A stretch of DNA of 64,000 bases from an uncultured Clostridia bacterium (GCA_934476235.1 CAKSNL010000001.1:44497-108496), one strand, 5' to 3'. Shown: positions 1 to 9,904, numbered from the stretch's first letter. Notes: generated by a model from the sequence alone, not told the origin. Numbers and translations: made by a program.

Positions 1-86
1 GGCTCTTCCGTCTCGCTGCGGCTCGGTCACGCCTCGGTTCTGACAGTCCACCGGACTGTCATTCATTGCCTCGGCGCCGCTTCGCT

Positions 87-116
87 ACCTTTAGCAAGGA
101 GGGCATTTAAACTCCC
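87..116. repeat. Copy A of the shared intergenic motif CCTTTAGCAAGGAGGGC-TTTAAA-CTCCC
   Basis: Identical 17-mer plus flanks also found at 23178-23207. Confidence 0.5.
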
Positions 117-182
117 GCGCAGGTTTCGACAGAACTTTTAAAGGCGCTCTTGCGAAACGATGCTCCTTCGGCAGAACGCAAA

Positions 183-216
183 GCCCCCGGAACGGTACCG
201 TTCCGGGGGCTTTATC
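183..216. terminator. Rho-independent-type hairpin (GCCCCCGGAACGG/ACCGTTCCGGGGGC, perfect 13-bp stem) followed by CTTTATC
   Basis: Perfect GC-rich inverted repeat seen in the sequence, lying just past the minus-strand GT8 gene. Confidence 0.7.
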
Positions 217-1027
217 AATCATACATCTCGTCCATTTTTGCCTTTGCTTCGTTATAGAACACGCCGAGAACTCCGACGTAGCCGCTTTTCCACGGCTTAT
301 TTCTTCCGCAATAGTGAATGACCACCGAGTTTTCGCGCACCCAGTCCAAATTCAGTTTCTTTTCAAACGGCGAATGAAGCATGTAGAGCCGCTCCGTCAT
401 ATTATACCGGAACGTGTCGAGCGGAATTATCCTGCTGCCGTAAAGGCTGCTTATAATATCCTGATCCGGCAAAACGAGAAACTTTTTTCTGCGCTCGATG
501 AAGTCAAAGACCTCCGACGTGTCCTGTTCCTCGCGCAGCTTTTTAAGATTCATCAGCATGACGCCGGAATTGATATACGGGCTCTCCTCGTCCATATCAA
601 GCCTTAATTCGTTCACCTTGTGCATAACGGTGCTCTCCGTATGCGATGCGGCGGCAAAATATGAATCGCCCATATCGAGCGAATAAAGCTTCTCAAGCGA
701 TTTGTTCACGATTATATCCGGGTCCAAATAAAGCACTTTGTCAAGCTCCTTCGGCAAGTACTTTGCCGCAAAAATCCTGTAATATATCTCCTTGGGATAT
801 CTCGACGTTGTAGGTGCAAAATCGAGCATTTTTTCATCCGCCCGAATCATATTTATTCTGCCTTCATCTCCCAATATCCGCCTCGTTTTGTCAAGCGCCG
901 ACTCCTTCATGTCCGTGTGCAAAAGCCAAACCTCAAAAAATCCGCCCTTGTTCGACTCCTTCAGCGACGAAAGCATCACGTTAAGATACGGAACATAATT
1001 TTCGTCAAGCGTAACCAGAATGTTCAA
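215..1027 (-). CDS. Glycosyltransferase family 8 (LPS galactosyl/glucosyltransferase-like); apparent TTG start
   Basis: Translation shows GT8-type motifs (DPDIIV..., HYCGRNKPW). A GGAGGG RBS lies 6 nt upstream of a TTG at 1027. A strong terminator hairpin follows the stop at 183-216. Confidence 0.7.
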   Translation of the reverse strand: MNILVTLDENYVPYLNVMLSSLKESNKGGFFEVWLLHTDMKESALDKTRRILGDEGRINMIRADEKMLDFAPTTSRYPKEIYYRIFAAKYLPKELDKVLYLDPDIIVNKSLEKLYSLDMGDSYFAAASHTESTVMHKVNELRLDMDEESPYINSGVMLMNLKKLREEQDTSEVFDFIERRKKFLVLPDQDIISSLYGSRIIPLDTFRYNMTERLYMLHSPFEKKLNLDWVRENSVVIHYCGRNKPWKSGYVGVLGVFYNEAKAKMDEMYD

Positions 1028-1079
1028 TTCTTTCCCTCCTTAAAAATATAAGAGAGTCAAAAATGCTCTCTTATAAAGC

Positions 1080-2918
1080 TTATTTATCCGCGTTCAGCTT
1101 TGCTCTGTGATCTGCCTTCGCGCGCTGATCGGCGGTGAGCAGCCTCTTTCTCAATCTCAGGCTTTCGGGCGTAACCTCCAAAAGCTCGTCCGCCGTGATG
1201 AATTCAAGGCACTGTTCAAGGCTCATATCCTTAGCCGGAGTGAGTTTTAACGCATCGTCCGACCCGGAGGCACGGGTGTTTGTGATGTGCTTTTTCTTGC
1301 ACACGTTAACCACAACGTCGTCCACACGGCAATTCTCGCCGACGATCATGCCCTCATAGACCTTGTCGCCGGGCCTAATAAAGAGCGTTCCCCTGTCCTG
1401 TGCGTTAAACAGACCGTACGTTACCGCCTCGCCGGTTTCAAACGCGACTAGCGATCCTCTTGACCTTTCCGGAATGTCACCCTTGTAGGGTTCATAGTCC
1501 TTGAGCATGGAGTTAATGACCGCCGTGCCCTTGGTTGCCGTCAAAAGCTCGGTTCTGTAGCCGATAAGCCCTCTCGACGGAACATTGAACTCAAGCCTTG
1601 TATATCCGCCCGCTATCGGCACCATGTTGGTAAGCTCCGCTTTTCTTTTTGCCGAGCTTTCCATAACCGCGCCGGTGTACTCGTCCGGCACGTCGATAAA
1701 GAGATCCTCGATGGGCTCTAACTTCTCGCCGTTCTCCCCGGTCTTAAAGATTACCTGGGGGCGCGAAACCTGGAACTCATAGCCCTGGCGGCGCATATTC
1801 TCGATCAGTACGGAAAGGTGAAGTTCTCCTCTTCCCGACACAACGAACGAATCCGCACTGTCGGTGTCCTCCACTCTTAAGCTTATGTTGCTTTCAAGCT
1901 CTTTATACAGTCTTTCGCGAAGGTGTCTTGACGTTACAAAGCTTCCCTCACGCCCCGCGAACGGGCTGTTGTTGATGGAAAATGTCATCGACATTACGGG
2001 CTGATCTATCTCGACAAAGGGAAGCGGCTCAACCTTTGCGGGGTCGCAAAGCGTTTCTCCTATCTCGATATCCGTTATTCCCGAAAGGCAGACTACCTCG
2101 CCCGCTCCGGCGGATTCCGCTGTGCTGCGCTTTAAGCCCTCATAGGTATAGACCGCGGCAATCTTGCCCTGTCTTGTCTTTCCGTCGCGCGCCGAAACCG
2201 TGACATTGCTTCCGGTCTTAACCGTTCCGCGCTCGATGGTGCCGACCGCAATTCTTCCTGTGTATCCGTCAAAATCAATATTCGAAACAAGCATCTGAAA
2301 GGGCTCCGACGCGTTGCCCTTCGGCGCCGGAACATGCTTTAATATAAGGTCAAATAAAGGCTTCATATCGCCGCTCCCGGCTTCCGCGTCCATGCTCGCC
2401 CATCCGTCGCGGCCCGACGCGTAGATGACCGGCGAATCAAGCTGCTCGTCCGTCGCGTCAAGATCCATAAAGAGCTCCAAGACCTCGTCAACGACCTCGT
2501 AAGGTCTCGCGTTCGGTCTGTCAACCTTGTTTACGACAATTATCGGCACGAGGTTTAACGCAAGCGCCTTTTTGAGCACGAATCTCGTCTGCGGCATGCA
2601 GCCCTCAAACGCGTCAACCAATAAAAGAACGCCGTCAACCATTTCAAGTGCACGCTCAACCTCGCCTCCGAAATCGGCGTGACCGGGCGTATCGACAATA
2701 TTTATCTTAACATCATTATAATAAAGCGACGTATTTTTCGCAAGGATCGTGATTCCTCTTTCTCTTTCAAGATCGCCCGAGTCCATAACGCGCTCCTGAA
2801 TCTGCTCGTTCTGTCTGAACGTTCCGCTCTGCTTTAACATCGCGTCGACAAGCGTCGTCTTTCCGTGATCGACATGCGCTATAATCGCCACGTTTCTTAT
2901 ATTTTCGGTATTCATCAT
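1080..2918 (-). CDS. typA: Translational GTPase TypA/BipA
   Basis: N-terminus MMNTENIRNVAIIAHVDHGKTTLVD is the classic TypA/BipA G-domain. The longer ORF start (MTKKS at 2981) coincides with a TTGACA -35 box, so the start at 2918 is preferred. Confidence 0.9.
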   Translation of the reverse strand: MMNTENIRNVAIIAHVDHGKTTLVDAMLKQSGTFRQNEQIQERVMDSGDLERERGITILAKNTSLYYNDVKINIVDTPGHADFGGEVERALEMVDGVLLLVDAFEGCMPQTRFVLKKALALNLVPIIVVNKVDRPNARPYEVVDEVLELFMDLDATDEQLDSPVIYASGRDGWASMDAEAGSGDMKPLFDLILKHVPAPKGNASEPFQMLVSNIDFDGYTGRIAVGTIERGTVKTGSNVTVSARDGKTRQGKIAAVYTYEGLKRSTAESAGAGEVVCLSGITDIEIGETLCDPAKVEPLPFVEIDQPVMSMTFSINNSPFAGREGSFVTSRHLRERLYKELESNISLRVEDTDSADSFVVSGRGELHLSVLIENMRRQGYEFQVSRPQVIFKTGENGEKLEPIEDLFIDVPDEYTGAVMESSAKRKAELTNMVPIAGGYTRLEFNVPSRGLIGYRTELLTATKGTAVINSMLKDYEPYKGDIPERSRGSLVAFETGEAVTYGLFNAQDRGTLFIRPGDKVYEGMIVGENCRVDDVVVNVCKKKHITNTRASGSDDALKLTPAKDMSLEQCLEFITADELLEVTPESLRLRKRLLTADQRAKADHRAKLNADK

Positions 2919-2952
2919 ATCTCTTCTTTCTCGAAAAAAACTTAACTTATTT

Positions 2953-2981
2953 ATTTTACAATAAATGCTCTTTTTTGTCAA
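2953..2981 (-). promoter_or_regulatory. Sigma-A type promoter for typA (TTGACA, 17-nt spacer, TAAAAT)
   Basis: Read on the minus strand: ttgacaaaaaagagcatttattgtaaaat. Confidence 0.55.
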
Positions 2982-2998
2982 GTAAAAAGCAGAGGCTG

Positions 2999-4342
2999 CT
3001 AAGCCTCTGCTTTAGTGGATTTTTCCCAAATGTGCCACGCCTTAAGCTGCTTTATATAAAGGATGAGTCCGACCGCTCCCGCCGTTGTTTCCGCAGCCGG
3101 AAAAGCTATCCACGTATAGTCAAGCCCTAACTTTGACAGTGCGTAAAAAAGTGGAACGAGCACGAATATCTGCCTTGTCAGCATCAGCATAAGGCAGGTA
3201 AATCCCCTTCCTATCGCCTGAAAGAACACAGGCAGCATAAGCGAAAATACCGCGGAGGCAAAGCTCATCCCTATTATCGGGAACGCCGTTTTTCCTATCC
3301 TTATAACCTCATCAGATTTTGAGAACACCCTCATGACAGCCTCCGGGAAAAAGATGAAAAGCACTATTCCGATAATCATGAATAAAAGTGAGACCAGAAG
3401 CGAAAGCTCCATGATCTTACGGCAGCGGGCAAAGCTTTTTCTTGCGAAGTTATAGCTTATCACCGGTACGATACAGGTCTGAAGCCCGATAAGCGGAATG
3501 AAGAAGAAATTCTGTGCCTTATAGTAAAGTCCGAGAACGGTAACCGCCGAATCGGAAAATGAGGCAAGAATTGTGTTCAATATAAAAATATATACAGTAA
3601 AAAGCATTTCCATTGCGATCGAAGAATATCCGTAAACGTATATCTTTTTTATGTAATGCACCATGTCACCAATCGGAGGAATAGAAAATACCGCACCCGG
3701 AAACGTGACTATAGCGGACACCGCCTGTCCTATTACCGTTGCATACGCCGCGCCCGCAATTCCCATTTCGGGAAACGGTCCGATTCCGAATATCAGGATA
3801 GGGTCAAGCACAACATTTGTAAGCGCTCCGGCGACCTGTGCCGCCATCGGACGGCGCATGTTGCCACGCGCCTGATGTATCTTTGACCAGCTTCCCTCCA
3901 AAAATGAGCCGATTGAGCCGACGCACACGATATTTCCGTATATCACCGCCTGGCTGATGGCATGAGCGCCCGTTGCCGAGGTTTTAACATACGCCTCCAT
4001 ACAAAAAAAAGATATTGCCGCAAATAGTGCCCACGACATGAGTGCCAGAAGATTTGCCGTGCCCGCCGCGCCGTTCGCCTTTTCCCTCTCGCCCAGCGCG
4101 TCCTTCCTCGCCATGTAAATGTTTACGCCGACGCCCGTTCCGACCGCAAGAGCGATGATGATTATCTGCATCGGATAGACGACCGTCACCGCGGTCAGCG
4201 CATCATCGGAATATCTGCCGACAAAAAAACTGTCAACAATGTTATAAAGCGCCATGATGAGCTGGGCAAGCATCACCGGCGGCGCTATTTTTATTAATAT
4301 CTTTCCTATGTTTTCGGTTCCGAAATAACTGTTGTCTGTCAT
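2999..4342 (-). CDS. MATE family efflux transporter
   Basis: 447-aa polytopic membrane protein whose N-terminus (ILIKIAPPVMLAQLIMALYNIVDSFFVGRY) is typical of the MATE family. Confidence 0.8.
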   Translation of the reverse strand: MTDNSYFGTENIGKILIKIAPPVMLAQLIMALYNIVDSFFVGRYSDDALTAVTVVYPMQIIIIALAVGTGVGVNIYMARKDALGEREKANGAAGTANLLALMSWALFAAISFFCMEAYVKTSATGAHAISQAVIYGNIVCVGSIGSFLEGSWSKIHQARGNMRRPMAAQVAGALTNVVLDPILIFGIGPFPEMGIAGAAYATVIGQAVSAIVTFPGAVFSIPPIGDMVHYIKKIYVYGYSSIAMEMLFTVYIFILNTILASFSDSAVTVLGLYYKAQNFFFIPLIGLQTCIVPVISYNFARKSFARCRKIMELSLLVSLLFMIIGIVLFIFFPEAVMRVFSKSDEVIRIGKTAFPIIGMSFASAVFSLMLPVFFQAIGRGFTCLMLMLTRQIFVLVPLFYALSKLGLDYTWIAFPAAETTAGAVGLILYIKQLKAWHIWEKSTKAEA

Positions 4343-5127
4343 AATAAAGCTCCTGCGGACTTTTCAAATAACATCTTTGAAAAAGCCTCCTCCTTTTTGC
4401 TCATAAGACTGTTTAAGAATATCACAGAGCCCTTTTCCCCGTCGGTCTTTAATATTTTTTCTTCTTCAAGGCGGCGGCGCGTCTCCCTTGCCGTTCCCTC
4501 GCCCCCGTCAAATATCTTCACACCGGAGCCCAGGATTTTTTCTATCACCGGGCGCACAAAGGGGTAGTGCGTGCAGCCCAGAACGACCGAGTCTACCTTT
4601 TCGCAATTTTTAAAAAGCGAGGCAATGTAAGACTCTATCTCCTCCCCGTCAAATATGCCTTTTTCGACATATCCCGCCAGAAGGTCGCACGCAACCGGGA
4701 TTATCTTCGCCCTCTTTGAATAGTGCTCCATTAAATTTTTAAACTTTGCCTCATGTACCGTGATGGGCGTTGCCATGACCGCGACAACGGAATTTTCCTT
4801 ATAGAGCACCGCGGGCTTTAACGCAGGCTCGACGCCGATTACCGGCATATCATAAATCCGCCTTAAATCCTCGATCGCAACGCTCGTGGCAGTGTTGCAC
4901 GCAACCACAAGCGCCTTAACGTTCATTGACGCAAGATAAAAGGCGTTCTTTAGCACAAGCTCTTTGACCTCCGAAGGCTCACGGCTTCCGTAGGGCGCGT
5001 TTTTACTGTCGCCGAAATATATGTAATTTTCACACGGCATCAGGGCATAAAGCTCTTTTAATACGCTGATTCCGCCGACGCCGGAGTCAAACACCGCAAC
5101 CGGTCTTTTATCATTCATAAGGCTCAC
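4339..5127 (-). CDS. murI: Glutamate racemase
   Basis: Motifs VFDSGVGG, VVACNTAT and GCTHYP are MurI signatures. Confidence 0.9.
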   Translation of the reverse strand: MSLMNDKRPVAVFDSGVGGISVLKELYALMPCENYIYFGDSKNAPYGSREPSEVKELVLKNAFYLASMNVKALVVACNTATSVAIEDLRRIYDMPVIGVEPALKPAVLYKENSVVAVMATPITVHEAKFKNLMEHYSKRAKIIPVACDLLAGYVEKGIFDGEEIESYIASLFKNCEKVDSVVLGCTHYPFVRPVIEKILGSGVKIFDGGEGTARETRRRLEEEKILKTDGEKGSVIFLNSLMSKKEEAFSKMLFEKSAGALL

Positions 5128-5750
5128 TCGTTTTCCTCTGTTGATATTTCATATGCCAGGGTCATTAAGCTGTCGCTTAAGTGAACGTTTTCAACGGGCA
5201 GATGGCTTGTGATCTCGACGTGCGAGAAGTTCCAGACTCCTCTTATTCCGAGAGCCTCCAGCTTCTTTGCGACCTCGCTGGTCCCGTCCCTCGGAATTGC
5301 AAGCGCCGCAATATCCGGCTTGTTCTTTTCGCAGAATTCCTCAAGCTTATCCATTCCGGTAACCTTGAGCTTTCCCGCGCTTTTGCCCACCATTTCGGGA
5401 TTATTGTCAAATATTCCGATAAAGCGGAAGCCGCGCTTTGAAAATCCGGGGTAATTCAAAAGCGCGTGTCCTAGATTTCCGGCACCGATTATTATGACCT
5501 TATAGCACTTGTCAAGCCCTAAAATCTTGCTTATCTCATCGCGCAGAATCTCCACATTATAGCCGTATCCCTGCTGACCGAAGCCGCCGAAGCAGTTTAA
5601 GTCCTGTCTTACCTGAGAAGCGGTAAATCCGAGCTTTTTGCTCAGCACCTGGCTCGACACGCGCTCGATTCCCATATCCTTAAGGTCCGTAAGATACCTG
5701 TAGTATCTGGGCAGTCTCCTTATTACAACCAAAGGAACATTCTTTTCCAC
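5124..5750 (-). CDS. rex: Redox-sensing transcriptional repressor Rex
   Basis: N-terminal RRLPRYYRYL DNA-binding segment followed by a Rossmann motif (VIIIGAGNLG). Confidence 0.85.
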   Translation of the reverse strand: MEKNVPLVVIRRLPRYYRYLTDLKDMGIERVSSQVLSKKLGFTASQVRQDLNCFGGFGQQGYGYNVEILRDEISKILGLDKCYKVIIIGAGNLGHALLNYPGFSKRGFRFIGIFDNNPEMVGKSAGKLKVTGMDKLEEFCEKNKPDIAALAIPRDGTSEVAKKLEALGIRGVWNFSHVEITSHLPVENVHLSDSLMTLAYEISTEENE

Positions 5751-5752
5751 TG

Positions 5753-6403
5753 TTAATCCTCCTCATCATAAGCGGCGTACCGCTCATCAGTCTTTTCAAT
5801 TACCGCCGAGCCGCCGGTCGCCTCGGTCAGCCTTTTTTTCATGAGCTCCTCTTTTTCGTCCGTAACGCACAAAAGAAAGCTGACATCCGACAAAAACTCC
5901 GTATTTTCGGCTTTTAGCTCCATTTTTTTAAGCTCATATTCTATCTTTCCGAAAAAGTGGTACGCGCATTTTATCCTGTATACCGAAGAATACACCATCT
6001 TCACGCAGCCGGCGGCGCTTACCGCGTCCGCCGCGGCGCGGGAATACGCGCGCACAAGCCCTCCGCCGCCTAAAAGTATTCCGCCGAAATACCTTGTCAC
6101 GACGACCGCTGTATCGGTGAGTCCCTTTTTGTTCACGGCGTCAAGCACGGGCATGCCCGCCGTTCCGGAGGGCTCCCCGTCATCCGAAAACCTCGCAATG
6201 TTATTCTCCCTCACCCGGTAGGCATAGACATTGTGCCTTGCGTCCGGGTGCTTTTTCTTTATACTGTTTACAAAGGCGATTGCTTCCTCTTCGTTTCCGA
6301 CCGGCGAAATATAGCTTATAAAGCGCGATTTCTTTTCGGTAAATTCGGATGACGCCGCCTTTTTCACAGTTTTATAGCAACGCATAGCGCTTGTACCTTT
6401 CAT
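5753..6403 (-). CDS. YigZ/IMPACT family protein (UPF0029)
   Basis: Segment KKSRFISYISPV...AYRV...SDDGEPSGTAGMP matches the IMPACT/YigZ fold family. Confidence 0.7.
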   Translation of the reverse strand: MKGTSAMRCYKTVKKAASSEFTEKKSRFISYISPVGNEEEAIAFVNSIKKKHPDARHNVYAYRVRENNIARFSDDGEPSGTAGMPVLDAVNKKGLTDTAVVVTRYFGGILLGGGGLVRAYSRAAADAVSAAGCVKMVYSSVYRIKCAYHFFGKIEYELKKMELKAENTEFLSDVSFLLCVTDEKEELMKKRLTEATGGSAVIEKTDERYAAYDEED

Positions 6404-7637
6404 ATGTTATATTGTCCAAAAGCGCCTCGACCACGGTTCCTTCATCCGTATACTCAACGCTTTTTACAAGCTCACCTTCATGTATCGCCGAAAGGACCGC
6501 GCCGTCGCTGTACGGTATCAAAAGCTTAACATTTTTCTTTTTGCCGGGAAGAACCTCCTCGATTTCTCCTATGAGTGCATTAAGTCCCTCTCCGCTTTTT
6601 GCCGATATGCTGACGCAGTGAGAAAATCCGTGCTTTCCCGGGTGCGTTTTATGAGCAATGTCCGTCTTATTAAACACGCCTATCACCGGCTTATCTCCGC
6701 AGCCTAATTCCTCCAAAAGCTTTCTCACGACCGTTATGTGGTTTTCCATTTCCGGGCTTGACGAGTCGATCACATGTATTAAAATGTCCGCATTGACCGC
6801 CTCTTCAAGCGTTGACTTGAAAGCCTCTATAAACTGGTGCGGCAGTCTTCTTATAAATCCTACCGTGTCAATTATCCTGACCTCGCGCGAGTCCGAAAGC
6901 GTGAGCGAACGGCTGGTAAGGTCAAGCGTTTCGAAAAGCCTGTTTCTCGCCGTTACATCAGAGCCCGTGAGCGCGTTTATAAGCGTTGACTTCCCGGCAT
7001 TGGTATAGCCCACGATCGCCGCGGTCATGACCCCGTCCTTTTTCCTTCTCTGCCGTGAAAAATTCCTGCGCTTTTCAATCTCGGAAAGCTCCTCTTTAAG
7101 AGCGGACACTCTCCTCATGATATGCCTTCTGTCCGACTCAAGCTTTGTTTCGCCGGGACCTCTTGTTCCGATTCCGCCGCCCTGGCGCGAAAGCTGGTTT
7201 CCCATTCCCGAGAGCCTCGGGAGCATATATTTCATCTGCGCGAGCGCAACCTGAATCTTGCCCTCCGCACTTTTCGCTCGCTGCGCGAAAATGTCAAGTA
7301 TCAGCGTGTTCCTGTCGATTACTGTGATACCGCCGAGCGCATCCTCAATATTTCTTATCTGCGCGCCGGTAAGCTCATCATCCACCACTACCATGGACGC
7401 GGAGAGCGTTTCGCATGCGTTTTTCAGCTCCATAAGCTTGCCCTCGCCGAAATACGTGCCCGTTTCTATCACGTGGCGGTTTTGAACCATTTCGCCGACT
7501 ACCGTGCCTCCGGCGGTTTCGACAAGCTCGTTTAGCTCTCTCATCGACTCCTCGGTCGTGTCCGACAGACTGTTCAAAGCGTCGGTATGCACTCCGGCGA
7601 TGACAACCTTTTCCGCCTCTTTTATTGTTTCCTCCAT
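6372..7637 (-). CDS. hflX: GTPase HflX
   Basis: HflX N-domain followed by a G-domain (VGYTNAGKSTL, DTVGF). Confidence 0.9.
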   Translation of the reverse strand: MEETIKEAEKVVIAGVHTDALNSLSDTTEESMRELNELVETAGGTVVGEMVQNRHVIETGTYFGEGKLMELKNACETLSASMVVVDDELTGAQIRNIEDALGGITVIDRNTLILDIFAQRAKSAEGKIQVALAQMKYMLPRLSGMGNQLSRQGGGIGTRGPGETKLESDRRHIMRRVSALKEELSEIEKRRNFSRQRRKKDGVMTAAIVGYTNAGKSTLINALTGSDVTARNRLFETLDLTSRSLTLSDSREVRIIDTVGFIRRLPHQFIEAFKSTLEEAVNADILIHVIDSSSPEMENHITVVRKLLEELGCGDKPVIGVFNKTDIAHKTHPGKHGFSHCVSISAKSGEGLNALIGEIEEVLPGKKKNVKLLIPYSDGAVLSAIHEGELVKSVEYTDEGTVVEALLDNITYERYKRYALL

Positions 7638-7770
7638 ATAAGCCTCCGTTTTTAAGGTCTTACTTTAGTTATATATTTTTTATGCCGTTTTATGCAATTA
7701 TAATCTTACAGGTTAGTATACCACATATTTTCCTTTTCGTCAAATATTAAACTTATTTCCCGGGAAATGA

Positions 7771-7810
7771 AAAAAGCTCCGCCCTCCCCGAAAGGAAAAG
7801 CGGAGCCTTT
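7771..7810 (-). terminator. Hairpin GCTCCGCC...GGCGGAGC flanked by an A6 run (T-run on the minus strand); terminator for the nhaC-like gene
   Basis: Inverted repeat seen directly past the stop at 7818. Confidence 0.6.
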
Positions 7811-7817
7811 ATGCGTT

Positions 7818-9566
7818 TTAAGCCTTTTCTTTTGTGAACTTTTTGATGATGAGCAATGTAAGAACCATAAGCACAATGCTCAAAGGAAGCATGATGAATG
7901 CGTTCTGTATAAATCCCGCAGCGATGTAGCATACAAACGATACCGCGGCAACGGTTATCGCGTAAGGAAGCTGGGTCGTAACATGGTTTATGTGGTTTGA
8001 CTGGCTTCCCGCAGACGCCATTATCGTCGTATCGGATATGGGCGAGCAGTGGTCGCCGCAAACGGCACCCGCCATGCAAGCCGATATCGCAACAACGCAG
8101 ATTGAATTGTCAAGCGCGTTGTTTCCGAAAATTGCAAGAACGATGGGGATGAGAATTCCGAATGTTCCCCAGGATGTTCCGGTTGCAAACGCAAGACCGC
8201 ATGCGATTAAGAATACGATTGCCGGGAGCATTACGATTGCCGCGCCCGCGTAATTTCTTACAAACTCCGCTATAACGATCTTTGCGCCGAGACTGTCTGT
8301 CATCGTCTTAAGCGTCCACGCGCAGCCTAAGATCATGATAGCCGGAACCATTGCCTTAAAGCCCTCGGGAATCGACTCCATGCACTCTTTGAAGTTTAAC
8401 ACCTTTCTTAACATAAAGTAGATAACGCTGAAAATGAGACCGGCAAACGCGCCGCATACAAGACCGACAGATGCGTCCGCCTCAGAAAATGAAATAACGA
8501 AATCCCTGTAGCCGGCTTCTCCCGCGGTGAAGAATCCGCCGGAATAAATGAGCCCAAATATGCAGGCAATGATGAGCACGGCAACGGGAGCAACAAGGTC
8601 CCATACTATGCCGTTTTTGCCGTCGCCTGTGCTTTCAAGCGCCTTGAAAGCTTCCGCGTCGTCGGACGAGAAAAGATCGCCCGCCTCGGCATTTTCCTCA
8701 TGCTTTTTCATCGGTCCGTAATCGAACTTGCCCACTGCAAGAGTAATCATCATAGCAATGGTCAAAAACGCATAAAAGTTAAAAGGAATCGCCTTTATAA
8801 AGAGCGAAAAACCGTTCTGACCCTCGGGAACGAATCCGGCAACCGCAGCCGCCCAGGACGATATCGGCGCGATTATGCACACGGGAGCCGCCGTTGCGTC
8901 TATAATATAAGCGAGCTTTGCGCGCGAAATTTTGAACTTATCCGTTACCGGACGCATTACGGAGCCGACCGTCAGACAGTTAAAATAATCGTCAACAAAT
9001 ATCAGAACGCCGAGCGCTACGGTTGCAAGCTGAGCGCCGACCTTTGACTTTATGTGCTTCGACGCCCATCTTCCGAACGCCGCGGAGCCTCCCGCCTTGT
9101 TCATAAGCGCAACGATAGCACCCAAAACTATCAGGAAAAAGATTATTCCGATGTTATAGGAGTCCGCAACCGAAGCGATGAATCCGTCCGCAAAAAGATG
9201 GTCGATCGTGCCGGAAAAGCTTCCGCCGGCATAAAGCGCCGCGCCGGTTACAATTCCGATAAAGAGCGAGGAATACACCTCTTTTGTAATCAGGGCAAGC
9301 GCAATTGCGATGATGGGCGGCAAAAGCGCGAACCATGTCGCATAAAGCCCGATATCCTCCCTCGCGCCCGTGAGCGCTTTATCCAGATTTTCGTCGAAGT
9401 TTTCATCCTTGTCAACGTTTTCGGAATAATTGTCAATATATTCCCACGCGTCAAAATCATCTTCCGCCCCGTCATTCTCGGCTGCCACATTTGCGGCAAA
9501 CGAAAGCGCCAGAGAGAAAATGAGCATAAGACAAAGCAAAAGCTTCACATTCTTCATGTTTTTCAT
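7818..9566 (-). CDS. NhaC-family Na+/H+ antiporter with an N-terminal signal peptide and an acidic extension
   Basis: Roughly eleven hydrophobic segments typical of the NhaC family. An AAGGGGGAT RBS precedes the ATG at 9566. The N-terminus has a signal peptide plus a D/E-rich ~40-aa segment. Confidence 0.6.
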   Translation of the reverse strand: MKNMKNVKLLLCLMLIFSLALSFAANVAAENDGAEDDFDAWEYIDNYSENVDKDENFDENLDKALTGAREDIGLYATWFALLPPIIAIALALITKEVYSSLFIGIVTGAALYAGGSFSGTIDHLFADGFIASVADSYNIGIIFFLIVLGAIVALMNKAGGSAAFGRWASKHIKSKVGAQLATVALGVLIFVDDYFNCLTVGSVMRPVTDKFKISRAKLAYIIDATAAPVCIIAPISSWAAAVAGFVPEGQNGFSLFIKAIPFNFYAFLTIAMMITLAVGKFDYGPMKKHEENAEAGDLFSSDDAEAFKALESTGDGKNGIVWDLVAPVAVLIIACIFGLIYSGGFFTAGEAGYRDFVISFSEADASVGLVCGAFAGLIFSVIYFMLRKVLNFKECMESIPEGFKAMVPAIMILGCAWTLKTMTDSLGAKIVIAEFVRNYAGAAIVMLPAIVFLIACGLAFATGTSWGTFGILIPIVLAIFGNNALDNSICVVAISACMAGAVCGDHCSPISDTTIMASAGSQSNHINHVTTQLPYAITVAAVSFVCYIAAGFIQNAFIMLPLSIVLMVLTLLIIKKFTKEKA

Positions 9567-9904
9567 TTTTATCCCCCTTAAAATATTTTAAAATAAAATA
9601 AGCCATAGCCCGCAAAAAAGCCACAGCCAAAAATGATAGCACTCCGCCTTTTTGCGACAGTACAACGCATATTCTGCGCTGTCCCAACCTTAAAATACAA
9701 AGCAGGTATTAAAGGTTTCGGCGAAATCCCCTTTCAATCTCCGTTTTCTGCTTTAAATCTACGGAAAGCTACTTTTGTCATCCGCGCCTCTATCTTTTAT
9801 TTTTCCTTTATTTTACCACAACCGACATTTCCCGTCAAGCTTTTTATCGCGTTTTCGGAAATAATTTTTTTATCGGAATATGTCGGCAAACCTCAAGTTA
9901 ATGC

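Noticed and set aside
2919-2981. Longer N-terminal extension of typA (MTKKSIYCKINKLSFFRERRD...)
   Set aside because: Its putative start coincides with the TTGACA -35 box of a well-formed promoter (TTGACA, 17-nt spacer, TAAAAT). The conserved TypA N-terminus begins at MMNTENIRN, so the extension is almost certainly untranslated.
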